A DNA stretch of 64,000 nt, taken from Rubripirellula sp. (GTDB lineage: Bacteria > Planctomycetota > Planctomycetia > Pirellulales > Pirellulaceae). The stretch spans positions 7,328,001 through 7,392,000 of the forward strand of contig OZ244207.1 in assembly GCA_965216875.1 (NCBI GenBank), written 5' to 3'. The notes below the pieces were generated by a model. The model had not been told where the DNA came from. It worked only from the letters and a program-made list of their open reading frames with translations, and ran no database searches. This document shows positions 1 through 9,516 of the stretch, piece by piece (position 1 is the first letter of the stretch; the number at the start of each line of letters is the position of its first letter). The position numbers were made by a program, and so were the translations under genes.

Positions 1-43
1 GCGGAATGCGCGAAGATTCCACCTAAAGCTCGGTACTACAAAC
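1..43. repeat. REP-like palindrome family B, partial (cut by window edge)
   Basis: gaagattccacctaaagctcggtactacaaac is the near-exact reverse complement of the left arm at 56669-56700 and resembles the copies at 41935 and 50402. Confidence 0.7.
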
Positions 44-49
44 GGGTGG

Positions 50-1435
50 TCACTTGGCTTCTTGACGTTCAAGTCGTTCGTTGAGTTTTTCGATTAGCTC
101 ACGCAGTTCTTTTAGTTCGTCTTCTGTTTTGCGTTGCCAATCTTCGCGTGGGCGAATCGATTGCAGTCGTTCGGTTAACGCCTTCAAGTCTTTCTCTTGC
201 TCTTTGCGATTCTTTTCAAGGTCTCGCATCGCCTCTTCAAGGTCGGACCGTTCGACTTTGAGGTCCTGGAATTGCCTTGGAAGTGCTGGTGGTGGAACAA
301 CGACTCGGTCCCACTGCTTGAGAGCATCCAGCTGGTCATCACCACCGAGTGGTACGAGTTTTCCTTCTTCGATTTTGAACGCGTTTGGTGGGCGGTTTTT
401 CGCCGTCTTCATCGGATTGAAAGCGTGGAAGTCGTCTTCGGCATTGACCGCTGACAATTCGATTTGCACCTCGATGGTTTCTTCGCCACGTTTGGCAACC
501 ACATCCACCGTGTCGTCACCGCGGTACATTGCAACGGCGGCCAAGACATCAAGTTGCGATGGTGTGTTGTACGTGCCGACCTTTTCGATCAAGTCGCCAG
601 CGCGAATTCCTGCTTTGGCGGCCGGGAATCCAGCGTTGACGCTGGTTATCTCAGGCGCCTCTTTGTTACCTAAGGTGATCCCGATTCGTCCACGGGCGAG
701 ATCAGACGGGTTCTCGTTTTCTGCTGTTTCGAGCAAACGGCTCAGGTGGGTAGCGGGCAAGCACAACGCTTGGCCCTCGCTGGACCATGTCACGATCCCA
801 ACCAATCCACCCTCTGCATCGACAACAGGGGCACCGATTGCGGAAGCACTTACGTCACTGTCAAGTTTCCAGGTGTAGCCCCGTTCGGGTTGATGTGGAT
901 TCAAGTCACTCGCGACGACGGCGGCATCGACTTCGACGTGGCTGCCATCACTCATCCAGGAAACGGCGATTGGCAAACCAACACCGGGTTGTTCACTACG
1001 GATTTCAATCGGGCTCATCGGATCGCCATCGACCTTTAGCAAGACCAAACCCGTCACCAGATCGCGTACCACTGGGGTCGCCGATCGCGTTTCCCCATTG
1101 CTGGTGGTGATGTCGATGGTTTCGAGATCGGCCGGCAGGTTTAACGAAACGACCATGTCGCTCGAGACCGCAAATCCACTTCGCAGCGCCCCCGCCGTCA
1201 TGCGCCGATCGAGTTCACCAAAAGCCCAGCCTTCGACGGGCACTTGGTCCGCACGCAGTCGTTGCCAACGACGCATCGCCTCGCCCCATCGATCCTCCGG
1301 TAGGATTTGAACTTGCATCGAAACGGTTGCCGGCATTGCGATCGAAGCGGCTTTCCGCAGGTCGACTGCCGACTGAGCACTCGCCACCGCAGCAGCGACA
1401 CAGCAGGTCGCACCGATCAAACTTCGCAAAAGCAT
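50..1435 (-). CDS. Secreted HtrA/DegP-like (trypsin-like + PDZ) protein with C-terminal coiled coil, probably catalytically inactive
   Basis: Signal peptide; trypsin-like scaffold (SGFAVS, GAPVVDAEGGLVGIV); PDZ (RGRIGITL...PAAKAGIRAGDLI); heptad-rich C-terminus; triad residues not conserved. Confidence 0.8.
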   Translation of the reverse strand: MLLRSLIGATCCVAAAVASAQSAVDLRKAASIAMPATVSMQVQILPEDRWGEAMRRWQRLRADQVPVEGWAFGELDRRMTAGALRSGFAVSSDMVVSLNLPADLETIDITTSNGETRSATPVVRDLVTGLVLLKVDGDPMSPIEIRSEQPGVGLPIAVSWMSDGSHVEVDAAVVASDLNPHQPERGYTWKLDSDVSASAIGAPVVDAEGGLVGIVTWSSEGQALCLPATHLSRLLETAENENPSDLARGRIGITLGNKEAPEITSVNAGFPAAKAGIRAGDLIEKVGTYNTPSQLDVLAAVAMYRGDDTVDVVAKRGEETIEVQIELSAVNAEDDFHAFNPMKTAKNRPPNAFKIEEGKLVPLGGDDQLDALKQWDRVVVPPPALPRQFQDLKVERSDLEEAMRDLEKNRKEQEKDLKALTERLQSIRPREDWQRKTEDELKELRELIEKLNERLERQEAK

Positions 1436-1492
1436 TTCTGTTCTCCTTGATTGAGACGCCTTTTCACTGGGATATCTGGAATCCAGCTGGCG

Positions 1493-2083
1493 CTAAAGAT
1501 TGAGTTCGGGTTGGTAGTGGGTGTGCCGGACAGCTTGAGTCGCCGCCTGCGAGCCGTCGTTTCGATAGACCGCTTCGATACTTTTCCATTGCCCCGTAGA
1601 CAATTGATCAAGATCGACCGGCAACCTCTGCTCGGACTCGATCCATCCAATGTGTTCGAGTTGCTGTGTTTCCTTATCGACGCCAAACAGCGGAAGCTGC
1701 CCGCGTACGGTTGCAAAGACGTGCAGCCCTCGACTGGTGGGTTGTTCGGCGAGCGTCGGCGTTTCTTGGCTCGGCGGCGATTTCGGTTGATCGGGTTTGG
1801 CGCCAATGTCAGTGGACTCAACTGCGACGTCGCTCGATGTGGTGTCTTGCGCCACAAGGTCAACACTCGGTGCGTCCCCTGTTGGACGAGCGTTTTCGTT
1901 CGGTAAGAAGCTTGACGCAACCAAGATCGCCAACGCACCTGCGCCCACCCAAGATCCAGATTGGGTCAGGCGTTGGCGTTGAGCGCGTCGGGCGATCGTT
2001 TCGATTCTTGGGATGTTCGATCGCGGTGCCGTTGGCGGTTCCGCGTTTAGGCGTTCTTCAAGTGATTGATGTTGTTCTGGCAT
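1493..2083 (-). CDS. Single-pass membrane protein, putative anti-sigma factor
   Basis: Starts 8 nt after the ECF sigma stop; short charged N-terminus, one hydrophobic segment (WVGAGALAILVASSF), low-complexity linker and small C-terminal domain. Confidence 0.6.
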   Translation of the reverse strand: MPEQHQSLEERLNAEPPTAPRSNIPRIETIARRAQRQRLTQSGSWVGAGALAILVASSFLPNENARPTGDAPSVDLVAQDTTSSDVAVESTDIGAKPDQPKSPPSQETPTLAEQPTSRGLHVFATVRGQLPLFGVDKETQQLEHIGWIESEQRLPVDLDQLSTGQWKSIEAVYRNDGSQAATQAVRHTHYQPELNL

Positions 2084-2091
2084 CGCGTCAC

Positions 2092-2793
2092 TCAGGGTTC
2101 AAGGAGAGGTCGGCGAGCGGCGCCGTCGGTTTGTGATTGATCAACATGCTGCGAAAACTCTTTACGCGGGATCGCTTGCTCGTCGGGCCCAATCTGATTC
2201 TTTAGTCGTTTCAGTCCATGATGAACGCGGCTCTTCACCGTCCCTGAGGAGCAACCGACGACGGCTGCGATTTGTTCGTAGGAAAGCCCCTCGGCATAAC
2301 GCAGCGATACCGCATCACGTTGTGGTTTTGGCAACGCTGCGACCTTAGCCCAAATGCTCTCACGCCATTTCTTTTCCAAATAGATCGATTGTGGGTCGTC
2401 GCACTCGCGCTGCACTGATTCACCTTGAGCGTAGACGAGCAGTCGCCGACGCATTCGTGCAAACGTACGCTTGTGACGTGACCGCAGATTCAGCAAGATC
2501 CCGTACAGCCAAGTTTCCATTGAAGAGCGATTCTTGAACTGGCCAATCCGCCTGACGGCGACCGCAAACGTTTCCTGGGCTAAGTCTTCCGCTTCCCATA
2601 CGTCGCCCGTCATCACCCAAGCCGCTCGGTGGATGCGCTGGTAGTGCGCCGCAATCCAATCGCTGGACAGCTCAGGGCCAAACGACTCGTCACTGGAGTG
2701 CTCGTCACTAGGAAGGGGCTTCGTCAATGACGATCCGTTTTGCAAAAGGAACCGTTTGTTGATTGGGGCGCTTGGGTGCAGAAGGAGCAGCAA
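2092..2793 (-). CDS. ECF RNA polymerase sigma factor (true start probably downstream, e.g. TTG at 2727)
   Basis: Region 2 [10 protein letters not shown]...TWLYGI; region 4 [23 protein letters not shown]...[10 protein letters not shown]. Confidence 0.9.
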   Translation of the reverse strand: MLLLLHPSAPINKRFLLQNGSSLTKPLPSDEHSSDESFGPELSSDWIAAHYQRIHRAAWVMTGDVWEAEDLAQETFAVAVRRIGQFKNRSSMETWLYGILLNLRSRHKRTFARMRRRLLVYAQGESVQRECDDPQSIYLEKKWRESIWAKVAALPKPQRDAVSLRYAEGLSYEQIAAVVGCSSGTVKSRVHHGLKRLKNQIGPDEQAIPRKEFSQHVDQSQTDGAARRPLLEP

Positions 2794-2901
2794 CGCATCC
2801 TGCTGATCTGGTCATCCACCCGTTAGCAATCAACCATTCGTTCCCGCACAGTCGCGATTGGTTCAAACCAAATTCAAAAAAACTCGACGAACGGCGATTT
2901 G

Positions 2902-3801
2902 CTAGCTCGGCAGGATCTCATCAAGCAATTGTCGCACTTTTTCGACATCGTCGGGGCCAAATTCTTTGAACGGAGCGGCCATCACAGGGCTGCAAACGTT
3001 CATCAGCGAGAGGGCGCACTTGATTCCTTTGACGATCGAGGAGGCGGGGTTGTCGCCAACGTTGTAGATCCGACCAAGCGAAATGACTTCTTTGCAAAGG
3101 CTTTCGGTGTCGCTGCCCTTTTCGGCAGCTTCGAAAAGATCGACGTACAGACGTGGTCGCACATTGGCGCCACCGCAAACGCCTCCGTCGCCGCCAAGTC
3201 GAACGACCTCGTCAAGCAGGTGCTCGGGGCCAACCAACATGGCAAAGTCGTCAACATCCTGGGTGAGCTTGCGGACGGTCGAAAAGTAGTTGATGTCGCC
3301 GCTGCTGTCTTTGAGTCCAGCCACTTGCGGCCAGCTTGCCAGTTGGGCGATCGTTTCAGGCGAGTAGGAGAGCTTCGTCATCGCAGGCATGTTGTAGAGC
3401 ATGACTGGCAACGGAAGCGCGGGGATCAGCTCTTCCAGATACTCGAGCAACTCTTCCTGGCCGGCGGGGAAATAGTAGGGCGGTGCCAGAACCACCGCGG
3501 ACGCCCCCGCCTCGGCGGCATGCGACGCAAGACTGATCGATTCAAAGAAGGAGGGATCGGTGATTCCGACCAAGACGGGAACTCGGCCGCCGACAAACTC
3601 ACAGGCTTTGGTGACGACTTCGCGTTGAAGTTGATGCGACAGCGAGGGGCCTTCGCCTGTTGTGCCAAGGACAAAGATGCCGTGGACGCCACCGGCAAGG
3701 ACGTGTTCGATCAAAGCCCCAAACCCGTGCACATCCAAGCACTCGCGGTCGCTTAGCGGCGTCACGAGCGGTGGAATGATGCCTCGATACGTTTGGCTCA
3801 T
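2902..3801 (-). CDS. Dihydrodipicolinate synthase/N-acetylneuraminate lyase family class I aldolase
   Basis: GIIPPLVTP, GTTGE, PPYY, LYN and Schiff-base Lys motif GLKDSSG. Confidence 0.9.
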   Translation of the reverse strand: MSQTYRGIIPPLVTPLSDRECLDVHGFGALIEHVLAGGVHGIFVLGTTGEGPSLSHQLQREVVTKACEFVGGRVPVLVGITDPSFFESISLASHAAEAGASAVVLAPPYYFPAGQEELLEYLEELIPALPLPVMLYNMPAMTKLSYSPETIAQLASWPQVAGLKDSSGDINYFSTVRKLTQDVDDFAMLVGPEHLLDEVVRLGGDGGVCGGANVRPRLYVDLFEAAEKGSDTESLCKEVISLGRIYNVGDNPASSIVKGIKCALSLMNVCSPVMAAPFKEFGPDDVEKVRQLLDEILPS

Positions 3802-4101
3802 CTTCGCGTGCCTTGCTTTGACTCGATCGGGAGGTAAGGGGCATGTGGCTTTTCAGTCATTGCACACTGGATCGTTGAGAACGTCTAGCCGTGGCAATTG
3901 TGCTGGCTGGAGCTACTTTTTGCGAATGTCGCATACCGGACGCGAAAAAGCCGACGTACAGTCCGATAGGCGGCCCATCACCAGGGACGGTGATCGACTC
4001 AGCCCGTGACTGGCTCAGGCTAGAATGTCGTTTCGGCGATTCACGCCAGACAAGACGAATCCTGCATTGGTTGCAGCAACAACGGGCACTCCACGCGCAT
4101 C

Positions 4102-6000
4102 ATGTTTTCTACTCTTCGTCGCTGGGTGTCGAAACGGTGGTACCCGGCTTGGCTTTCCCTGCTCATCACGGGCGTGATCGCGTCGGTATTGATCAACACG
4201 ATGCTCGCGTCGCCGCTGACAACCGATTGGACCGCGTATCAGTGGGCCTGTGTTGGCATTTGGTTTGGTGCTGCGATTGCATGTGTGGCGACGGCGCTGG
4301 CCGCACTTTCGGCGTCACAGGTTTCGCCTGTGTTACGCTTTGCAAGTTTCTGGATCGTCATCGCAACCGGATTACTTACTGCCTTCGTGGTCGGAGTGGC
4401 GACGGATGCAACCTACAAGGCGGTGCTTGCGTTGCAAGGAAGGGCTGGATTGTGTGGCAGTTTTCTCTGCCTCGGCACATCACTCGCCGCAATCACCTTG
4501 ATGCCATGGGCTTCGAAACAAGTCCGCCGTTTCGCGCCGCCAAGGAGCCAAGCGGCCGGGGTCACCACGCCGTTGCTCGAGCTTCAATTGACCGCGATCA
4601 TGTTGCTTGCCACAGCTTGCTTTCTGATCTACGTGATTGAGTGGACCGAGGCCCATTCGCATGGTGCTTGTTTGCGCCTGGCTGTGTTCCATTTTTCGAT
4701 TGGTTTTGCGTCAACGTTTGGGGTTCGTTGGTTTCACGTCGATCGGACGTTGCGATGGCGCAGGTTGGTTGGAGTGATTGTCGTTGTGCCCGCAACGTAT
4801 CTGGTGGGCGATGCGATGTTTGATCCCAATGGCACGCAGGCGACGCCGATGGACACCTCCCACAATGTCGTCATGTCAATGGGCATCGTCGGATCGTGGG
4901 TGATGACATCGGCCGTGCTTGTTCGAACGCTTCAATGGTCCGGCTGGCGGTTCTCTCGTCGCCGTGTTGCCGTCCCGACGCTTGCTGACGGATCATTGAA
5001 CGAGTCGTTAATTGCGCGCCGCAAGAATCTTATCGCCCAATCCGGCTTGGTGGCGTTGACGGCATTGGTCGTTGCGATCGTCGGTCTCGGAGTCCCGCTT
5101 TACGTGCCAGCGATCGCTATCGAAGAGATCAAGCAAGACTGGCATTCCGGTTTCTATTACCCAGGCTATTCCTACAATGGTTGGGACACCGAGTTCAACC
5201 TGCTCTCGGCCTCGATTCGTACGTTTGCTGTGACGGGCGTGATCGGATTTGGATCGGCCCTCATCATCGTTGCAGTGCATCACCTGCGCGGTTTGGTATC
5301 TCAAACGCTGGTATCCCTTTCGATTATCTGCATCCCTTTGTCTTTGTTCAGCGTGACGCCAAAGAATCTGGAAGAGGGGCTAGGGATTTGCTTTGTGGTT
5401 GCCTTGCCAATCGTGATTGCAACGCGATTGATGCGTGGCATCGAGACTCATTGGACCAAATTCCGTGCTGGGGCGGTGTCAGTTGCAAAATGGCATGTCG
5501 ATATTCGCTCGATCATGTTGCTGACTTTGCTGGTCGGCATTGAGATCCAATTGCTGCGAACGATTGCGGATGCGTCGCTACTGCCAAAAGCGGCAATTGC
5601 GTTTGCGGTAGCTCTCTACTTTCACCTGATCGTTCTGCTTACCATCCGCCGGAGCATTGGCGGTAAGACCTGGCTCAACCTGTTCGGTTGGTGCATGTTG
5701 TGGTTGCTGCTTTTAGTCGGCTCGAACGTCAGCAGTTACCTTGACCAGGACGAGTCGTACTTCGAAGGCAACGTGCTGCTTCTAGCTTGCTTTGGCGGTT
5801 TCTGGGTTTCGATGACGGTCGCCATCCCGATTCTCGTTTTGTGTGGTTGGCATCGTCAGTCCTGCCGAGTCGGCTGGTCCGACCCGGCGCAGAAATCGTC
5901 CGATACATCGCTCGGTTCGCCAAGATCCGTGGGCGAAGCACCAACGAAGACGGTTGAAAAGCAACCGTCTTCGACTGAGTCGCCAACACAATGCGTCTAG
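4102..6000 (+). CDS. Polytopic integral membrane protein, unknown function
   Basis: 632-aa ORF with many hydrophobic helices; no recognisable catalytic motif. Confidence 0.7.
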   Translation: MFSTLRRWVSKRWYPAWLSLLITGVIASVLINTMLASPLTTDWTAYQWACVGIWFGAAIACVATALAALSASQVSPVLRFASFWIVIATGLLTAFVVGVATDATYKAVLALQGRAGLCGSFLCLGTSLAAITLMPWASKQVRRFAPPRSQAAGVTTPLLELQLTAIMLLATACFLIYVIEWTEAHSHGACLRLAVFHFSIGFASTFGVRWFHVDRTLRWRRLVGVIVVVPATYLVGDAMFDPNGTQATPMDTSHNVVMSMGIVGSWVMTSAVLVRTLQWSGWRFSRRRVAVPTLADGSLNESLIARRKNLIAQSGLVALTALVVAIVGLGVPLYVPAIAIEEIKQDWHSGFYYPGYSYNGWDTEFNLLSASIRTFAVTGVIGFGSALIIVAVHHLRGLVSQTLVSLSIICIPLSLFSVTPKNLEEGLGICFVVALPIVIATRLMRGIETHWTKFRAGAVSVAKWHVDIRSIMLLTLLVGIEIQLLRTIADASLLPKAAIAFAVALYFHLIVLLTIRRSIGGKTWLNLFGWCMLWLLLLVGSNVSSYLDQDESYFEGNVLLLACFGGFWVSMTVAIPILVLCGWHRQSCRVGWSDPAQKSSDTSLGSPRSVGEAPTKTVEKQPSSTESPTQCV

Positions 6001-6040
6001 TAGCACGCCATGGCATCGGCGGCGAACCTACCGGTCGCCA

Positions 6041-8275
6041 TTAGCGGCCGGCACGGCCGATCGAACCGAAGACGACATCGACGCCCTCGGGTCCCAGGCC
6101 GCGCGTTGGGCGTCCACGACGTTCTTCGTCGTCCGCATCGTCTTCGTCGTCGCCGTCATCTGGCGGTGCCTGAGGGCCACGCGGAGCCGGGCGTTGATCG
6201 CCATCCGTTCCATCGGGTCCTGTCACCGGTTGAGGTCCACGCGGAGAAAACGGAACGTCATCGGGGCCTTGCCCACCGTCGTTGTCGTTGGTCGGATCGA
6301 CGGGAGCCGGAACGGGCGGATCCACAGGTTGGGGTGGTCGCGGTCGCGATCGGTCCTCATTCGAGTCCACCGGCACGACAAACGCGTTTCGCTGAATCGA
6401 TGTCAATTCGGTGTTGCGCTCGATGACATCCGACAAACGGGTGCTGTCGATTTCGCGGAGTTGTTGTCCGCTGAAAATATTCTGGTACCAAAATCGATCG
6501 CCATCTCGCAGTGCGGTGAACTGATTAAGCAAAGCTGTTCGAGTCAATTCGCCGACACTTCCGCCACGGACGTGGTCTTCGGCCAAGGCACCGACCCAAA
6601 CATCGATGTCATCGACCGATCCGTAAGCTTCCTCCAGTCGAGCTTGGACATCAGGATCGGACGAAATGTCGGCAAAGGTTTCAGCGGGGTCGAGTCCCAG
6701 TTGTTGACGCACTGAGTTGTAATCGGGCAAGCCGTGGTCTCGGCCGCGTTGAATGTTCAATGCGGCGAGGTCAAAGCCGCCTGCACCCGGAGGTCCGAAC
6801 AGGAAGTTACGGACATCATCGACCAACATCGTGTCGACTTCTTGGGAAATGTTCGCCGACAATCCCTTCAAGAGGGAATCGATTCCCTGTTCAACGATTT
6901 CGGCAGGGTTGAAGAACGCGTCCCGGAGCGCAAGGTGCCCATCCTCGATCACGTTGCCATCGTCATCAAGTCGTTTGAGCTCGCCTGAGAGCGTCGTGTG
7001 TCCATAGCGAAACGCGGCCGTTGCAAAAAAGTTGCTGATCGAAGGATCGACTGTCGCATCGTAGCCTTGATACCGTGGCACGGCATCACGTCCGAGCAAC
7101 GACGGTAAGTACTCGTTGAAGGTGATGGCTTGGATCTCGCCGATGACGGTGGCGCGAGCCTGTTGGAAAATTGCCTCGTCCGAAAGGCTTGGGTCGCTTG
7201 CGGCGATTTCATCGGCGAGCCGATTGTGTTCACGGACCCAAAGTGTGTGCATGGCGGTCAGGCCATTTTGTTCGTTTGCGCGAACGTCGCCCGCCTGGAA
7301 GAACCCGAATTCGTCAATGGGCAACAAGTCGCCTTCACTGGTGAGCAAACGCCCACCTTCGAAAGCACGCAACGAGTTTGCGGTTTCTTCACTCGACCCA
7401 TAGACCATCGAGCCATCAATGAATGCAGTGATTTCATTGACGTGGTCACGCGGTGAATCGATTCCCGTTCCCTCGGCAACTGCCGAACGCGTTAGCGAGA
7501 TCTCTTGAGTTCCCGTGTTGAAGGGGTCAAAGAAGGGATCGCCGGTTGGGACGGGAATGTTGAAAGCTTCCTCATGACCTTCGGCGGTCAGGTCAATGTC
7601 GTGATCAATGAATTGTCCCCATTGCCAAACCAAATCGCTCAGTCGGCGGTCATTGAGAACCGATTCGTCCTGAGCCGAGACGACATTGCTGATTTCGCGA
7701 GCGGACGCACGGTCTTGGCCGGAAGGTTCGCCGATACCATCGATATAGTCAGGGTCAAGGACTCGAACAAACGCCGTCCCAGCTGCGCCAAGCGTGGGAT
7801 CGTCGAGGTTGTTGCCGGTACCATCGTAGGACCGAATCTCGGCCAACAGATCTTGTTCGTCACGCGGTTGTCGGCGACCTAGATCGGGGTCGGGTTCATT
7901 GCCGCCGCCAGGGACTCGGTTGCCTGGACCAGGTCCCTCTTCGCGCGCGGGGCTGCCGAGTCGCTCGGATCGCAGCATTCGGTTGATGACGCGCAACGCG
8001 TCGAGCGAGGTCACTTGGCCATCGCCGTTGACATCACGAAACATCGTCAACTGTTCGCCATTGTCCGAACCCCCACCACGTTCTTGGCGAATGCGATTGA
8101 TCACCATCAACGCATCGAGTGACGTCACTTGGCCATCGGCGTTGACATCTTCCGGCATCTCGACATTCTGCATGTCAACGATGTCGCCGGCCAGCAATTG
8201 TCGTCGCTCGAGCGACTGCACGTGCAACCTTCGACTTGGTCGTCGTCGTGATGGTTTTTTTTGCGACTTACTCAT
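6041..8275 (-). CDS. Animal-type heme peroxidase with planctomycete N-terminal motif and dockerin-like repeats (peroxidockerin-like)
   Basis: ATG 8275 with GGAGA RBS; RRLHVQSLERRQLLA; two DVNxDGQVTSLDAL repeats; RSYDGTGNN, WGQFIDHD, DVRANEQ, FRYGH, IQRGRDHG. Confidence 0.9.
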   Translation of the reverse strand: MSKSQKKPSRRRPSRRLHVQSLERRQLLAGDIVDMQNVEMPEDVNADGQVTSLDALMVINRIRQERGGGSDNGEQLTMFRDVNGDGQVTSLDALRVINRMLRSERLGSPAREEGPGPGNRVPGGGNEPDPDLGRRQPRDEQDLLAEIRSYDGTGNNLDDPTLGAAGTAFVRVLDPDYIDGIGEPSGQDRASAREISNVVSAQDESVLNDRRLSDLVWQWGQFIDHDIDLTAEGHEEAFNIPVPTGDPFFDPFNTGTQEISLTRSAVAEGTGIDSPRDHVNEITAFIDGSMVYGSSEETANSLRAFEGGRLLTSEGDLLPIDEFGFFQAGDVRANEQNGLTAMHTLWVREHNRLADEIAASDPSLSDEAIFQQARATVIGEIQAITFNEYLPSLLGRDAVPRYQGYDATVDPSISNFFATAAFRYGHTTLSGELKRLDDDGNVIEDGHLALRDAFFNPAEIVEQGIDSLLKGLSANISQEVDTMLVDDVRNFLFGPPGAGGFDLAALNIQRGRDHGLPDYNSVRQQLGLDPAETFADISSDPDVQARLEEAYGSVDDIDVWVGALAEDHVRGGSVGELTRTALLNQFTALRDGDRFWYQNIFSGQQLREIDSTRLSDVIERNTELTSIQRNAFVVPVDSNEDRSRPRPPQPVDPPVPAPVDPTNDNDGGQGPDDVPFSPRGPQPVTGPDGTDGDQRPAPRGPQAPPDDGDDEDDADDEERRGRPTRGLGPEGVDVVFGSIGRAGR

Positions 8276-8811
8276 GAGTATTCTCCGACAGATGAGACGA
8301 GAGGCATCGACGGTGCGAATGGCTAACCCGTTTGATGCCCGCTGCATGGAAAAGAGATCGCGTCGGGTGGTCTGCCAGTCGTCTTGGCTGACGGTCGGCC
8401 GTCGCGAAGAGTGGACGTTGGTCCATGCCGTCCGGTCTGCACACGAGGATAATCGCTTTTTCGATTTTCGCTCGGAATCCATACCAACGGCACGTCGCTA
8501 CCGGCCACGCTTGAGCTAACGGAGTCTCTGCCACGCGATCCACAACGCTTTTTCATTGGGGATCATCAAGTCGGTTTGTGCCACGGTTGAGTGATTCGAA
8601 AACCGGGAAACTCGATTTATCCCCCCCGGTCGCCACCTCGGTAGGCTCCGATGCGCCCTTGCCAACCGGCTCGCTGTTTTGGGGATCGCCATGGCGGGGT
8701 AGGCTGTAGGAAGTGCTTTCACTCAATCGAATTCAAATACTTTTTCTTTTTGATGCAGTTGGGTGTGGATGAGTTTCCCTTGCCCACGTTGAAATCCCTG
8801 AAACCTTTTCG

Positions 8812-9465
8812 ATGTCAGAGTCAAACGAATCCCAACAACCGATGGTTCCGCCGGAGGATCCGGAGTTGCTGGATCGATTGCGCGCTGACGGCGAGCAAGT
8901 GTTGGCCGACGCGTTTGCGGCAAACCGAGAACGCTTTTGGCATTTGGTTACCTTTCGCATGGATCGTCGTATCGCCGCACGCGTCGATGCCGACGACGTT
9001 TTACAGGAGGCGTTTGTCGCAGCCGTCGCGCGACTCGAACACTACTTACGTGATCCCTCCTTCAGCCTGTTTGTCTGGCTGAGGATGATCGTTTCACAGA
9101 CCTTGATTGATGTTCACAGGCGACATTTCGGAACGGAGATGCGGTCGGCTGGTCGCGAGATTTCGATCGGCGGACCGAAGTACCCACAAACGACATCGGT
9201 TTCATTGGCGGCCCAATTGATCGGCAATCAAACATCACCCAGTGGCGTTGTGGCACGCGATGAGACAAGTGAGGCACTTTCGGCGGCAATTGAACAGATG
9301 TCCGAGATGGACCAGGAAACGATTGCTCTGCGTCACTTCGAAGGTCTGACGAATTCGGAAACCGCTGAGGTCTTGGGGATCAGCGTCACCGCTGCAAGCA
9401 ACCGCTACGTGAGAGCTCTTTCTCGTCTGCGTGACATTTTGGAAGAACTAAACTTGCAAGAGTAA
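8812..9465 (+). CDS. ECF sigma factor of the planctomycete kinase-associated type
   Basis: RVDADDVLQEAF, FVWLRMI, HRRH..R...RE, LRHFEGLTNSETAEVLGIS..AASNRYVRAL. Confidence 0.9.
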   Translation: MSESNESQQPMVPPEDPELLDRLRADGEQVLADAFAANRERFWHLVTFRMDRRIAARVDADDVLQEAFVAAVARLEHYLRDPSFSLFVWLRMIVSQTLIDVHRRHFGTEMRSAGREISIGGPKYPQTTSVSLAAQLIGNQTSPSGVVARDETSEALSAAIEQMSEMDQETIALRHFEGLTNSETAEVLGISVTAASNRYVRALSRLRDILEELNLQE

Positions 9466-9516
9466 CCCCTGACCATCCCAGCTTTCTGAATCCGTTTTCC
9501 AGCCATTACCACCACC

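Noticed and set aside
8276..8482. Upstream extensions in the ORF track (also 18146-18334, 19503-19862, 46957-47052, 50918-50986, 57915-58037)
   Set aside because: Downstream starts have better RBS or motif context, and several extensions overlap neighbouring genes
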